A stretch of 50,678 bases of DNA from Pirellulales bacterium (GTDB lineage Bacteria; Planctomycetota; Planctomycetia; Pirellulales; UBA1268): NCBI GenBank assembly GCA_030577455.1, contig JALIAA010000284.1, positions 1 to 50,678 on the forward strand. The letters are read 5' to 3'. Position 1 is the stretch's first letter. Every line of letters starts with the position of its first letter. Of the stretch, positions 37,424 to 47,561 are shown in pieces. The translations under genes were made by a program, and so were the position numbers. The notes under the pieces are model-generated. The model was given only the letters and a program-made list of their open reading frames with translations. It was not told where the DNA came from and made no database searches.

Positions 37424-38464
37424 GTGATTGCCCTCGCCGATCCAAATCGTCAAATCCCAAACTCTTCAAAACTATCTCAGAGAAGTTCGAGAATTTCCTC
37501 GAGATCGAGTGATCCAAAAAAGATCATAGGCCTTTCACCCTCTGAGAAAAGAAGAAAAACTATTCTTTCCAAAAAAAGGGTGGCTCTTTTTGACAGGGAT
37601 ATTGAGTACATCGGAGGAGATGTCTTCCTTGAAAAGGATGCAGAGCTACTCGCCAACTCACCACCAGCAGACGCAAAAATTCCATTAGAAGGCTTCTCTT
37701 CAGATAAAAAGTCTGCTGCGGGTCGTTCCCTCTCACCATATCTGGCCAGTTTGTACCAAACGCGGCTCCTGTCGAAAGATGAAGAGCAATTCTACTTCCG
37801 AAGAATGAATTGGTTGAAATTTCAGGCACTCCAAAAACGGAGCCGTCTTGATCCAAAACGGGCAACAATGAAGCAGATGAAGCAAATCGAAGGCATTCTT
37901 GCGGAGGCGGAGACGGTAAAGGCAATCCTTATAACATCCAACCTTCGCTTGGTTGTCTCAATCGCTAAGAAATTTAATGAACCAAGTCACTCTTTCGATG
38001 AACTTATCAGCGAAGGAAATGTTGCCTTGATGCGATCTGTTGAGAAGTTCAATTTTGCTCTGGGAAATCGATTCAGTACGTATGCGACGTACGCTATCCA
38101 GAGACACTTCTTCCGAATTTCCCATAAGGGACGTCAGTACCGTAATCGATTTGCCTCTGATGATGAGCCCGTGAAGGATCGGGCGGAAGAAGTATCAGAT
38201 CATGAATCGTGTTCTCCTGATCAGGTCCGTTATCTTAAAACACTGTTCTCGAAGTTTCTGGATTCCCTTGAGTCCCGGGAACAGCAGATTGTGCTGGCTC
38301 GATTTGGTTTCGATGGTGATAAGCCGAAAACATTTCGTCAACTCGGAACAGAAATGGGAGTCTGTAAAGAAAGAATCCGTCAAATACAGACACGTGCGAT
38401 AGCAAAGTTGCGAACAATGGCCGAAGAAGCAAATCTTGAACGGACAATCGGCGACTGGCTGTAA
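37424..38464 (+). CDS. Alternative sigma70-family RNA polymerase sigma factor
   Basis: Region 1.2-like YLASLYQTRLLSKDEE, region 2 SNLRLVVSIAKK...LISEGNVALMRSVEKF...RFSTYA, region 4 KTFRQLG...KERIRQIQTRAIAKLR; GTG 37424 after AAAGGA. Confidence 0.93.
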   Translation: MIALADPNRQIPNSSKLSQRSSRISSRSSDPKKIIGLSPSEKRRKTILSKKRVALFDRDIEYIGGDVFLEKDAELLANSPPADAKIPLEGFSSDKKSAAGRSLSPYLASLYQTRLLSKDEEQFYFRRMNWLKFQALQKRSRLDPKRATMKQMKQIEGILAEAETVKAILITSNLRLVVSIAKKFNEPSHSFDELISEGNVALMRSVEKFNFALGNRFSTYATYAIQRHFFRISHKGRQYRNRFASDDEPVKDRAEEVSDHESCSPDQVRYLKTLFSKFLDSLESREQQIVLARFGFDGDKPKTFRQLGTEMGVCKERIRQIQTRAIAKLRTMAEEANLERTIGDWL

Positions 38465-38507
38465 ACTGAAGTCTTCAACTGAAAAAATCCTTGTTGGAGT
38501 GCATCAC

Positions 38508-39236
38508 GTGCAGAAAGTTCTAATTATTGGCGCCGGTGGAATAGGCTCGGCGGTGGCGAGAGAAATTGTGGCTTCCGGAGGAAGTGTTTTTCTCGCGGGC
38601 CGTAATACAGAAAGTCTTCAGAAACTCTCTTCGGAGTTGAACTGTGAGTGGGAAACTCTCGAAGCAACAGACGCGGCATCTGTTGACGCATGTGGTGATA
38701 AAGCTGCAGAGAATCTCGAAGGAGTAACGGGCATCGTCAATTGCGTTGGATCAATTCTTCTAAAGCCAGGACATCTCACGAGTTCCGATGAATGGCATGA
38801 AACAATTGCGGCGAATTTAACGACTGCGTTTCACTGCGTTCGCACTGCTGGTCGACTTCTACGAAGTTCAGGCGGATCAGTTGTTCTGCTATCGAGTGCA
38901 GCTGGTAGGATCGGTCTTGCGAATCACGAGGCCGTTGCGGCAGCAAAAGCGGGTGTCATAGGGCTTACGCGTTCAGCAGCTGCGACGTATGCTCGGTCGA
39001 AGATACGGTTTAATTGCGTGGCGCCCGGGCTTGTTCGAACACCTCTGGCTGCAGGTCTCTTATCAAGTGAGCTTGCTGAAAAAGCTTCTGTCTCAATGCA
39101 TCCCCTCGGGCGGATTGGTGAACCAGAAGATGTTTCGAGTGCGGTGTGCTGGTTCCTTGATCCAAAAAACTCGTGGGTAACGGGCCAGATTCTGGGAGTG
39201 GATGGAGGCCTTGCTGATCTGAAGGCCAAGAACTAA
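38508..39236 (+). CDS. SDR-family oxidoreductase lacking the catalytic Tyr
   Basis: IIGAGGIG Rossmann motif, LSS, NCVAPGLVRT, VTGQILGVDGG; YxxxK reads NHEA-VAAAK; GTG 38508 after GGAG. Confidence 0.92.
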   Translation: MQKVLIIGAGGIGSAVAREIVASGGSVFLAGRNTESLQKLSSELNCEWETLEATDAASVDACGDKAAENLEGVTGIVNCVGSILLKPGHLTSSDEWHETIAANLTTAFHCVRTAGRLLRSSGGSVVLLSSAAGRIGLANHEAVAAAKAGVIGLTRSAAATYARSKIRFNCVAPGLVRTPLAAGLLSSELAEKASVSMHPLGRIGEPEDVSSAVCWFLDPKNSWVTGQILGVDGGLADLKAKN

Positions 39237-39326
39237 CGCGGCATACGCTCTGTTCTGTTCCCCCGAATCTTTCTTTCACATGTACAATAAAGGTTTCCAG
39301 ACATAGCCTGCACTCAAGAAAATCAA

Positions 39327-39680
39327 ATGGCCACTCCTTTAGAATCAAGTGAATTACCTACTGCAGATCCACATTCGCCACTTGATGTGATTCATCATGT
39401 TGCAATTGCTGTCAGCAATGTCGCAAAAGCAGTTGACTGGTATACAAAACACTTTCGCTGCGATATTGAATATCAGGATGAGACCTGGGCACTTCTTGAA
39501 TTTGGAAACACCCGGCTGGCACTTGTTATTCCAGATCAGCACCCACCACATATTGGTTTTATCCATCCACAGGCGAAAGCCTTTGGCGAACTACAATCCC
39601 ATCGAGATGGCACGCGGAGTTGCTACGTTGCTGATCCTGCCGGAAACGCCGTTGAAGTGCTTGCTCCGATAGGAACATGA
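39327..39680 (+). CDS. VOC/glyoxalase-family protein
   Basis: IHHVAIAVSNVAKAVDWY, PPHIGF, YVADPAGNAVE. Confidence 0.88.
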   Translation: MATPLESSELPTADPHSPLDVIHHVAIAVSNVAKAVDWYTKHFRCDIEYQDETWALLEFGNTRLALVIPDQHPPHIGFIHPQAKAFGELQSHRDGTRSCYVADPAGNAVEVLAPIGT

Positions 39681-40180
39681 TGAAAAGTGTCGTTTCAGGT
39701 GCTCGAGTTCTCCTTCTTCAGGTGCTTGCCACCAGTTTCATGACTGGACTCATCTGGTTTGTTCAGGTTGTGCATTATCCTTTGATGGACGGGTGGCCTC
39801 ACGATGAGTTTGGCAGTTGGGAGGTGGCCCATCGTGACCGCACTGGGCCAGTGGTTATTCCTCCCATGCTGATTGAAGGTGTCGTTGCTGTCTGGTTACT
39901 TCTGCATCGGCCGCGGGGTGTTCATCCACTTTTCCCTATCCTTGGAATGACGGCACTCTTGGGAATTTGGGCAAGCACATTTTTTCTTCAAGTGCCCTGT
40001 CATCTGCGGCTTTCGACCGGCTGGGATGCTCAAACACACCGTTTTCTCGTCGATTCAAATTGGATACGGACTATCCTCTGGTCATTCAGAATGGCCCTTT
40101 CTGTAGGCATGTTGTGGCAGTTCTGGTTGGCATGTAAGCCAGATTTGGCCGACCTTGCGTCCCTCCAGCAGGACTCCTAA
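39677..40180 (+). CDS. Hypothetical four-helix membrane protein
   Basis: MTGLIWFVQVVHYP, PPMLIE, STFFLQVPCH, NWIRTILW; four hydrophobic segments; ATGA overlap with the VOC gene. Confidence 0.8.
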   Translation: MMKSVVSGARVLLLQVLATSFMTGLIWFVQVVHYPLMDGWPHDEFGSWEVAHRDRTGPVVIPPMLIEGVVAVWLLLHRPRGVHPLFPILGMTALLGIWASTFFLQVPCHLRLSTGWDAQTHRFLVDSNWIRTILWSFRMALSVGMLWQFWLACKPDLADLASLQQDS

Positions 40181-40242
40181 TCTCCCAATCCACAGCCGCT
40201 TGGTGGTTCTTTTGTTACGGATTTGGTCAGGGAGGTTGTTCA

Positions 40243-41319
40243 ATGTCTGAGTCTCTTTCTATGGTTGCAAAGCTGGTCGAAGGCCAGCTTGTCATACCCG
40301 ATGCGCTTGACTTTCAAGAGCACATAGTGGCAGCGTCAACTTTGGAGACGGCAACTGCAGACGCCATAACACTCGTTGACTCTGCTGAGCGATTGCCGAG
40401 TTTAGCCAAAAGCCAAGCAGCGGCTGCTATTGTTCCAGTAGGTACTGGGACGCAGGATCGACCAACGATTGAGGTTGAAGATGTTCATAAAGCCTTTTCA
40501 AAAATCATTCAACATTTTCGTCCTCCGCGTGCTCGACACCGTCAAGGTGTGAGTCCTCAAGCAGTCATAGATCCCTCGGCCCGACTTGCTGGTGATGTTG
40601 AAGTCCAACCTTTGGCTCTCATCGGTCAAGATGTTGAGCTTGCGGAGGGAGTTGTTATTCATGCAGGAGCGCGAATTGGTGCGGGCTGCCGGATTGGTGC
40701 CGGAACAACGGTCTTTGCAAATGCAGTTCTTTATGAGGATACCCTTGTTGGTCGAGATTGTATTATTCACGCCAACGCCGTTTTGGGAGCGTTTGGATTT
40801 GGGTACAAGCCAGATACAAAAGGTCTAGAGCTCTCCGCTCAACTCGGCTGGGTTGAATTAGGCGATCATGTTGAAGTTGGTGCTGGAACAACGATTGACC
40901 GTGGAACATACGGGCCAACCGTAATTGGCAGCGGCACAAAAATAGACAATCTGGTCATGATTGCTCATAACTGTCGAATCGGTCGTCATAATATGATCTG
41001 CTCCCAAGTAGGTGTGGCAGGAAGTACAACGACTGGTGAATGGGTAATCATGGCAGGTCAATGTGGGCTGCGTGATCACATTCACATTGGTGATGGCGCA
41101 GTGCTTGGTGCACGATCAGGCGTCTCAAATGATGTTCCACCAAAGCAAACGGTACTTGGTGAACCGGCTATTGATCTGAGACAACGGAAGTTGCAACTTG
41201 CTTCAATGTCGAAGCTTCCTGAGATGAGAAAGCATGTGAAGCACCTGCTCAAACGAGTTGAAGAATTGGAACAGACGTCTCAAGTGGCCTCAAAAGAGTC
41301 TTCCTCGAAAGCGGCCTAG
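40243..41319 (+). CDS. lpxD: UDP-3-O-(3-hydroxyacyl)glucosamine N-acyltransferase
   Basis: Hexapeptide repeats, GFGY, TIDRG, TKIDNLVMIAHN, SQVGVAGS; RBS GGAGG. Confidence 0.95.
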   Translation: MSESLSMVAKLVEGQLVIPDALDFQEHIVAASTLETATADAITLVDSAERLPSLAKSQAAAAIVPVGTGTQDRPTIEVEDVHKAFSKIIQHFRPPRARHRQGVSPQAVIDPSARLAGDVEVQPLALIGQDVELAEGVVIHAGARIGAGCRIGAGTTVFANAVLYEDTLVGRDCIIHANAVLGAFGFGYKPDTKGLELSAQLGWVELGDHVEVGAGTTIDRGTYGPTVIGSGTKIDNLVMIAHNCRIGRHNMICSQVGVAGSTTTGEWVIMAGQCGLRDHIHIGDGAVLGARSGVSNDVPPKQTVLGEPAIDLRQRKLQLASMSKLPEMRKHVKHLLKRVEELEQTSQVASKESSSKAA

Positions 41320-41393
41320 GATCGCATTGGAGAGGAATACGTGTCCTCGATGCGTGTTTTGAAATCGCTAGATAAAGAGTAGTTGATAGCACA

Positions 41394-42323
41394 ATGAAAG
41401 CCTTGTCCGGGGATGTGAACGAACTGCCATCACTCGACGGAGAACTCGTCGGTATTCTTGCTGGCTGGGGACGGTTCCCAATTGCTACTGCTGAAGCGAT
41501 CCATCGACGTGGTGGCCGAGTTGCTATTTTAACGATCCGTCATCATGCGGAAGAATCACTCGAGGAAATAGCGGATGTCTATGGAGAAGTAGGCGTTGCT
41601 GAAATTGGAAAAGCCATCGACTTTTTTCGTCAGAATGGCGTGCGTCGAGCGACGATGGCCGGCAAAATTCATAAGAAGCAACTGTTTCGTCGATTCGGAT
41701 GGATTCGACATCTTCCCGACTGGCAAGGGCTTAAGACATTCTGGCCACACTTTGTAACTCGTAGCAAAGACAACCGTGACGATGCGCTTCTTGGAGCAAT
41801 TGCAGTAACCTTTGAAAAATCAGAAATTCGGATTTGTCCAGCAACAGATTTTGCTCCCGAACTCTTGGCAACAGAAGGTGTGCTGGCGGGCAAGCCACTC
41901 TCCAAACGTCGGATGGCGGATGTGGTTTTTGGATGGCGGCTTGCGAAAGAACTTGGACGTCTTGATATCGGCCAGACAGTAGTCGTGAAGAACCAGGCTC
42001 CAATGGCACTGGAAGCAATTGAGGGTACTGATGAGTGCATACGGCGGGCAGGTCGGCTTTGCCGTTCTGGTGGCATGACCGTCGTGAAGGTTGCAAAGCC
42101 TCAGCAAGATGAACGGTTTGACATGCCGACAATTGGTATCGGTACGCTCCAATCAATTCGAGCGTCAGGAGGCAAGGTGCTTGTGATTGAGGCTGGTAAG
42201 ACAATCCTTGTCGATCGGGAGCAGATCACTGCTTATGCAAGTCGTTGTGGTATTTCAATTGTGAGTTGTTACGACGTTGCAGGAGTCCCATTGTTGGAAA
42301 AACCCCGCTATCACGTTGCCTGA
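41394..42323 (+). CDS. lpxI: UDP-2,3-diacylglucosamine diphosphatase LpxI
   Basis: GILAGWGRFP, LDIGQTVVV, LEAIEGTDECIRRAG, VKVAKPQQDERFDMPTIG. Confidence 0.92.
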   Translation: MKALSGDVNELPSLDGELVGILAGWGRFPIATAEAIHRRGGRVAILTIRHHAEESLEEIADVYGEVGVAEIGKAIDFFRQNGVRRATMAGKIHKKQLFRRFGWIRHLPDWQGLKTFWPHFVTRSKDNRDDALLGAIAVTFEKSEIRICPATDFAPELLATEGVLAGKPLSKRRMADVVFGWRLAKELGRLDIGQTVVVKNQAPMALEAIEGTDECIRRAGRLCRSGGMTVVKVAKPQQDERFDMPTIGIGTLQSIRASGGKVLVIEAGKTILVDREQITAYASRCGISIVSCYDVAGVPLLEKPRYHVA

Positions 42324-42362
42324 CTATATCGCTTTTCATTCGATTGACTGTAGACTTCTTAG

Positions 42363-43154
42363 ATGTCTCATTCACTGGCCTTTCATGTGCGACTCGTTTC
42401 TCAAACAGTCATTTGTGCAGTCTGTCTTTGTGCTCCATCACAGTCTGCAGATGATGTATCTCCTTCAAAAAAATCAGAACGTCTGTCGCGACCCCCACTG
42501 ACCATTGATCTCAGGATTGATCGTTCGGTTGAAATTCCACCGCCTCGAACGCACTATATGGGTCGAGAGATCGCCCAAACGATGCATTATACGGGAGCCC
42601 CATGGCTTGTTCGGGAAAGCCGTCAACGCGAAGAAGATTGCCGACTGCTTCTTGAAGCCCTTCAAATTCAGCCAGGTCAAACCATCTGTGATCTTGGGTG
42701 CGGAAATGGATTTTATACACTCGAACTCGCGAGACGTGTTGGCCCTGAAGGTACAGTGTATGCAGTTGATATCCAGCCTCAAATGCTTCGACTTCTCGTT
42801 ACACGGGCGCGGCAGGAAAAGCTCTTTAATATCAAACCAATTCTGGGAACATTCATTGACCCTCGGTTACCCAAGGAAGACGTCGATCTCGTATTTTGTG
42901 TTGATGTCTACCATGAGTTCTCCCATCCTGAAAAGATGCTCACTCGTATCCGAGAGAGCCTTTCTGATGGTGGCCAAATCGTTTTAGCAGAGTTTCGTGG
43001 GGAAGACGCTACGGTACCAATCAAGCCGCTCCATAAGATGACAAAGTCTCAAGTCAAAAAAGAACTTGAGCCAAATGGTTTTGTCCTCAAACGTGAATTC
43101 GATGAGTTGCCATGGCAGCACCTCATGTTTTTTGGCGTCCAGAACAAGGAGTAA
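42363..43154 (+). CDS. Class I SAM-dependent methyltransferase with possible signal peptide
   Basis: DLGCGNGFY motif I, VYAVDIQ, VDVYHEF, YMGREIAQTM. Confidence 0.9.
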   Translation: MSHSLAFHVRLVSQTVICAVCLCAPSQSADDVSPSKKSERLSRPPLTIDLRIDRSVEIPPPRTHYMGREIAQTMHYTGAPWLVRESRQREEDCRLLLEALQIQPGQTICDLGCGNGFYTLELARRVGPEGTVYAVDIQPQMLRLLVTRARQEKLFNIKPILGTFIDPRLPKEDVDLVFCVDVYHEFSHPEKMLTRIRESLSDGGQIVLAEFRGEDATVPIKPLHKMTKSQVKKELEPNGFVLKREFDELPWQHLMFFGVQNKE

Positions 43155-43160
43155 AGCCGA

Positions 43161-43565
43161 CTACTTCTGATGTATTTGGCAGCTTGTCGTATCACATCGC
43201 CCAGCAATCCAGAGCCTTCGTTTTGCGACATACGCATACAGCCAATTCCAGAGTGGCAGTGAGCCCGGAATATGCAGAAGAAGAGCGAGTGGCCAGAGGA
43301 GTGGCAGTTTACGTGATAGATAGCGGACAGCAGTTGCACCACCGCGAGCATTTCCATGTGTATCGATTACGAACATCTGTTCTTGGAGTTGTTCAATTGA
43401 AAGTTCTGGGAAATCAACGGCCACACTCGGCTCGTGGAGTGACGTGTAAATAAACCGTTGTCGCAAATCGAGCCGGCGGAGGAACGCAATCTGTCGTTGA
43501 CAGAAGCGACATTCACCGTCGAAGAGGACCGTGTCTTGCCCTGGATGTTTTTTGGTAACAATCAT
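43161..43565 (-). CDS. DCC1-like thiol-disulfide oxidoreductase (DUF393)
   Basis: VLFDGECRFC (DxxCxxC), YAYVAKRR, C-terminal CxxxxC. Confidence 0.9.
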   Translation of the reverse strand: MIVTKKHPGQDTVLFDGECRFCQRQIAFLRRLDLRQRFIYTSLHEPSVAVDFPELSIEQLQEQMFVIDTHGNARGGATAVRYLSRKLPLLWPLALLLHIPGSLPLWNWLYAYVAKRRLWIAGRCDTTSCQIHQK

Positions 43566-43627
43566 TGGACACGGGAGTCATTTCAGGGACATTGCGTGAA
43601 GCCTGTTTGAAAAGCCTGACAGCCGGC

Positions 43628-43840
43628 TTATTCCTTGATCAAACCACTTGGAAGTGTACACAAATTTAAAATTGTGATGGCTCCACCAGAAATAAGTAGC
43701 CACGGTGCCCATTCAGGTGCTGTGATCGAACGACCCATGCCACCTGCTAGTGGAACAACAACGGCAGAATCGATGAACAGCAGTTCAATACCTAGAAGCG
43801 TAGCGAATATTCCAATCGCCAGAAATATACTTTTCCACAT
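43628..43840 (-). CDS. Small two-helix membrane protein
   Basis: 70 aa with two hydrophobic segments flanking APEWAPW; same strand as ftsH and DUF393. Confidence 0.7.
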   Translation of the reverse strand: MWKSIFLAIGIFATLLGIELLFIDSAVVVPLAGGMGRSITAPEWAPWLLISGGAITILNLCTLPSGLIKE

Positions 43841-43990
43841 GATGATGCCTGAAACCGGAATCTAACTCCTGCGCGATGAGCCCCTCTCTATCGCCTCTGT
43901 AGAAACATCGACGTTCGTAGGAACCTAGCTAGAGAAGCCACTCGCCTCGGGCAACCTAGAACGACTGTGATGATAATTCAGGGAGCAGTA

Positions 43991-46129
43991 CTACTGATTT
44001 GCAACATCAGCTGGCGGTTCGTTCTCTCTGTCAGATGGTGTTTGTATCGCACCAGTGCGGCGTTCGGCTGTCGTACCCGGTACGAGTTGCGGTTTCCCAT
44101 TCGTTGTTTCAATAATATCTTGGAGGTCACTGCCATCAATTACTTCAGCTTCGATCAAGCGACTCGTAATTGATTCAAGTGATGTGCGACGGGTTTGCAA
44201 AATCTGACGGACTTGAACAATCGACGTATCGATTATGCGGCGGACCTCTTCATCGATTTCGCGAGCCGTCTCCTCACTATGGCTGCGGGTCGTGCCAAAG
44301 TCCGCGCCTCCTCCAGTAAGAAACGGTGACCGCTGGCTTTCACGATAGTTTACTCTGCCGAGTTGACTCATGCCGTAGTCCATCACCATTGAGCGCGCAA
44401 TTTCACTTGCTCGCTCCAAGTCGTTCTGGGCGCCTGTTGAGATGTCGTCATAAATCATTTCTTCTGCAATCGTGCCAGCGAGGAGAACATGAATTCTGCT
44501 TTCAAGTTCACTTTGTGTGAGGAGATATCGATCATCTTCCGGCCGCTGCATGGTGTAGCCTAAAGCGGCGAGGCCACGGGGTATGATTGACACCTTATGG
44601 ATCGGGTCAGTATTCGGAAGAGAATATGCAACTAAGGCATGTGCTGCTTCGTGATACGCCACTCGTTTCTTTTCATCTTCGTGGATCACTCGCTTCTTTT
44701 TTTCAAGGCCTGCGGTGCCACGTTCGACGGCCTCGTTGAACTCCACCATCCCCACAGACTTCTTGTTGTTTCGAGCGGCCAGCAAAGCTGCCTCATTCAC
44801 AAGGTTGGCAAGGTCTGCACCACAAAAACCCGAGGTAATTCGTGCCACCTGCTCAATATTCACTTTAGGATCAAGTTTCACATTGAGGACATGCACCTTG
44901 AGAATAGCCTCACGTCCACGGACATCAGGTCGGTCGACGAGAACATGTCGATCAAATCTTCCTGGTCGGAGGAGAGCCGGATCAAGTGTTTCCGGTCGGT
45001 TCGTGGCTGCCATCACAATGACGCCGGAGTTGCTACCAAACCCATCCATTTCAACAAGCAACGCATTGAGCGTCTGCTCCCTCTCATCATGACCGCCAAC
45101 CACACTTGAACCTCGGGTTTTTCCCAAAGCATCAAGCTCGTCAATGAAAATGATACACGGGCTCTTTTGTGCGGCCTGTTGAAACATGTCACGGACACGG
45201 GCAGCTCCGACACCAACAAACATTTCAACAAAGTCACTCCCAGAAAGTCCAAAGAAGGGCACGCCAGCTTCACCTGCAATCGCTTTTGCGAGAAGGGTTT
45301 TGCCTGTCCCAGGAGGGCCTACTAATAAAACACCCTTCGGAATATGGCCACCAAGAACCTGATATTTTTCAGGGCTTCGTAGAAACTCAACCACTTCGCG
45401 AAGTTCATCAACGGCTTCGTCTATCCCAGCGACGTCATCAAAACTGATCCCGAGATCTTCTTGGGCATACATTTTTCCTCGGCTGCGACCAAATGCCATT
45501 GGGCTGCCGGCCCCTCCAAGGCGACGCACCATGAGAAAGAATCCCAATGCCAGTAATCCGGTCAACACCAACATTGGCATCCAGTTTCGCCAAGGACTCG
45601 GTGGATCTTCATACCGATAATCAACTTTATTCAGATCGAGTATCTTCGACAGCTGTCCCTCAGAGTTCTCACTTGGGAGTTTGGCAGTCCGAAATCGTAG
45701 CTGTTCACCTTGGGCGTTCCCACCAGCCGTCAATCGACCGTCATCAATAGGTCGCAGTCCGCCTCGTCCATTGCCTCCTGGTAAAGGAACCTTTCGCAGT
45801 GTTCCAGTCACCTCAAATGCACCGATGACCACATCATCGATCGAGCAGAATCGTGAAACCAGTGGAGACCCTTTTGCTGTTTCGCCTGTAATAACCTCTA
45901 CGAATCGTGGCGAGCCCGACTGATCTTCTTCTTCACCAGCAGCTCGAATAAGCCGCTCCAGATCGGTGTAGCTCAATTGAACTTCCTGCCCATTACTGAA
46001 GAGGCTCGCTGCAAAAAGACCAGCGACTGCAACGGCAATCAGGGACCAGATGAGATTTGAGCCACCGAAAGCCTGCTTCCGATCACCAGAACGCCGTCCA
46101 GGATCTTTTTCATTATTTTTTTGATTCAT
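43991..46129 (-). CDS. ftsH: ATP-dependent zinc metalloprotease FtsH
   Basis: Two TM segments, [34 protein letters not shown] zinc motif, GAQNDLERA. Confidence 0.98.
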   Translation of the reverse strand: MNQKNNEKDPGRRSGDRKQAFGGSNLIWSLIAVAVAGLFAASLFSNGQEVQLSYTDLERLIRAAGEEEDQSGSPRFVEVITGETAKGSPLVSRFCSIDDVVIGAFEVTGTLRKVPLPGGNGRGGLRPIDDGRLTAGGNAQGEQLRFRTAKLPSENSEGQLSKILDLNKVDYRYEDPPSPWRNWMPMLVLTGLLALGFFLMVRRLGGAGSPMAFGRSRGKMYAQEDLGISFDDVAGIDEAVDELREVVEFLRSPEKYQVLGGHIPKGVLLVGPPGTGKTLLAKAIAGEAGVPFFGLSGSDFVEMFVGVGAARVRDMFQQAAQKSPCIIFIDELDALGKTRGSSVVGGHDEREQTLNALLVEMDGFGSNSGVIVMAATNRPETLDPALLRPGRFDRHVLVDRPDVRGREAILKVHVLNVKLDPKVNIEQVARITSGFCGADLANLVNEAALLAARNNKKSVGMVEFNEAVERGTAGLEKKKRVIHEDEKKRVAYHEAAHALVAYSLPNTDPIHKVSIIPRGLAALGYTMQRPEDDRYLLTQSELESRIHVLLAGTIAEEMIYDDISTGAQNDLERASEIARSMVMDYGMSQLGRVNYRESQRSPFLTGGGADFGTTRSHSEETAREIDEEVRRIIDTSIVQVRQILQTRRTSLESITSRLIEAEVIDGSDLQDIIETTNGKPQLVPGTTAERRTGAIQTPSDRENEPPADVANQ

Positions 46130-46382
46130 AGACGAAATGTCGCAATCGTTTCTTTATTTTGAGAGGCAGCACCGTATTCTCTCTATCGTAGGCTCGAAAG
46201 AAGCCTGCGACAAATGACGTGCATGGCATCCGGCGACAGGAGTGCGTAAACTAGATTTCCGCGTATTTCGACATGTTTTCATAGTTTCCCAGATTGACCC
46301 GTCCATGATGTTACCCGACCGCACTGTGGCTTCTGCCACTTCAATGGCCGTTTCGGGTGAGGAAGTCGTGCGTGAGCAATCG

Positions 46383-47561
46383 ATGGATTTTCAAATGTCC
46401 TCAGATGCCGTTCCTCTTCGTGTTGCGGTTCTGGGTTCAACCGGAAGTATCGGCAAGAATACCCTTGAAGTCATCGCTGCCTCGGAAGGTCGTTTCAAGG
46501 TGCACCTGCTGTGTGGTCACCGCAGCATTGATGTTCTGGTTGAACAGGCTCAAGCATGTCGGCCTCGCTGGGTCGTAGTGACCGATTCGACTGCTGCAGA
46601 ATCACTTGGACCGGGCGCGTTCCCAAAAGGAACAGAACTCGTCGTTGGTCCAGAACGTCTTGAAGAACTATTAGCTGCTCCAGAAGTTGATCGTGTTGTT
46701 TCGGCTATTGTCGGGGCTGCCGGTTTGCGCAGTACCTGGTCAGCACTCGCTGCTGGGAAGACGGTAGCACTTGCCAATAAAGAAACGTTGGTAACAGCTG
46801 GGCCTTTGGTAACACGGTTAGCAGCACGTTCTGGTGCTACAATTGTGCCGGTCGATAGTGAGCATTCTGCAATCCATCAGGCGTTACGGAGTGGACGTCG
46901 TCATGAACTGCAGCGAGTCGTACTGACTGCCAGCGGCGGGCCTTTCCGAACTCATACCAAAGAGCAGATATCTGAGGTAACGCCGGAGCAAGCGCTCAAG
47001 CACCCAACCTGGTCAATGGGGCCGAAGATCACCATTGATTCGGCAACGATGATGAACAAGGCTCTTGAATTGATTGAGGCCCGCTGGCTCTTCGATCTCC
47101 GAGCGGACCAGTTGGGTGTCGTTGTCCATCCACAATCAATTATCCATTCTTTTGTTGAATTTGTTGATGGTTCGGTCATTGCCCAGATTGGACCACCAGA
47201 CATGAAACTTCCGATCCAGTATGCACTGGCGTATCCAGAAAGGTACGATGGTCCGGCTCGGCGGTTCGATTTTGGTGTTGCACAGCAACTGGAATTGAGC
47301 CCCCCCGACCTTGAACGTTTTCCAGCAGTCCGTCTTGGCTATGATGTTGCGGCTCGGGGTGGTACTGCCGGTGTGGTTTTGAATGCTGTAAACGAGGAGG
47401 CAGTGCAGGCTTTCCTCAATGGTGTGGTGAAGTTTCCACAGATTGCTGAATTGTGTGAGCGAGCAGTGTCGGAACATCCATTTATTGGTGACCCGACACT
47501 CGAAGACATACTCAGGCTTGATACCTGGGCCAGAAAGGAAGTCCAAACGTGGATGTGTTGA
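46383..47561 (+). CDS. dxr: 1-deoxy-D-xylulose-5-phosphate reductoisomerase
   Basis: LGSTGSIG, LANKE, PVDSEHSA, LTASGGPF, HPTWSMGPKITIDSATMMNKALE; start uncertain (46368, 46383 or 46395). Confidence 0.97.
   Translation: MDFQMSSDAVPLRVAVLGSTGSIGKNTLEVIAASEGRFKVHLLCGHRSIDVLVEQAQACRPRWVVVTDSTAAESLGPGAFPKGTELVVGPERLEELLAAPEVDRVVSAIVGAAGLRSTWSALAAGKTVALANKETLVTAGPLVTRLAARSGATIVPVDSEHSAIHQALRSGRRHELQRVVLTASGGPFRTHTKEQISEVTPEQALKHPTWSMGPKITIDSATMMNKALELIEARWLFDLRADQLGVVVHPQSIIHSFVEFVDGSVIAQIGPPDMKLPIQYALAYPERYDGPARRFDFGVAQQLELSPPDLERFPAVRLGYDVAARGGTAGVVLNAVNEEAVQAFLNGVVKFPQIAELCERAVSEHPFIGDPTLEDILRLDTWARKEVQTWMC

Noticed and set aside
43598-43630. AAGCCTG direct repeat resembling a MITE/REP end
   Set aside because: Only two 7-nt copies, no matching inverted end, no transposase.
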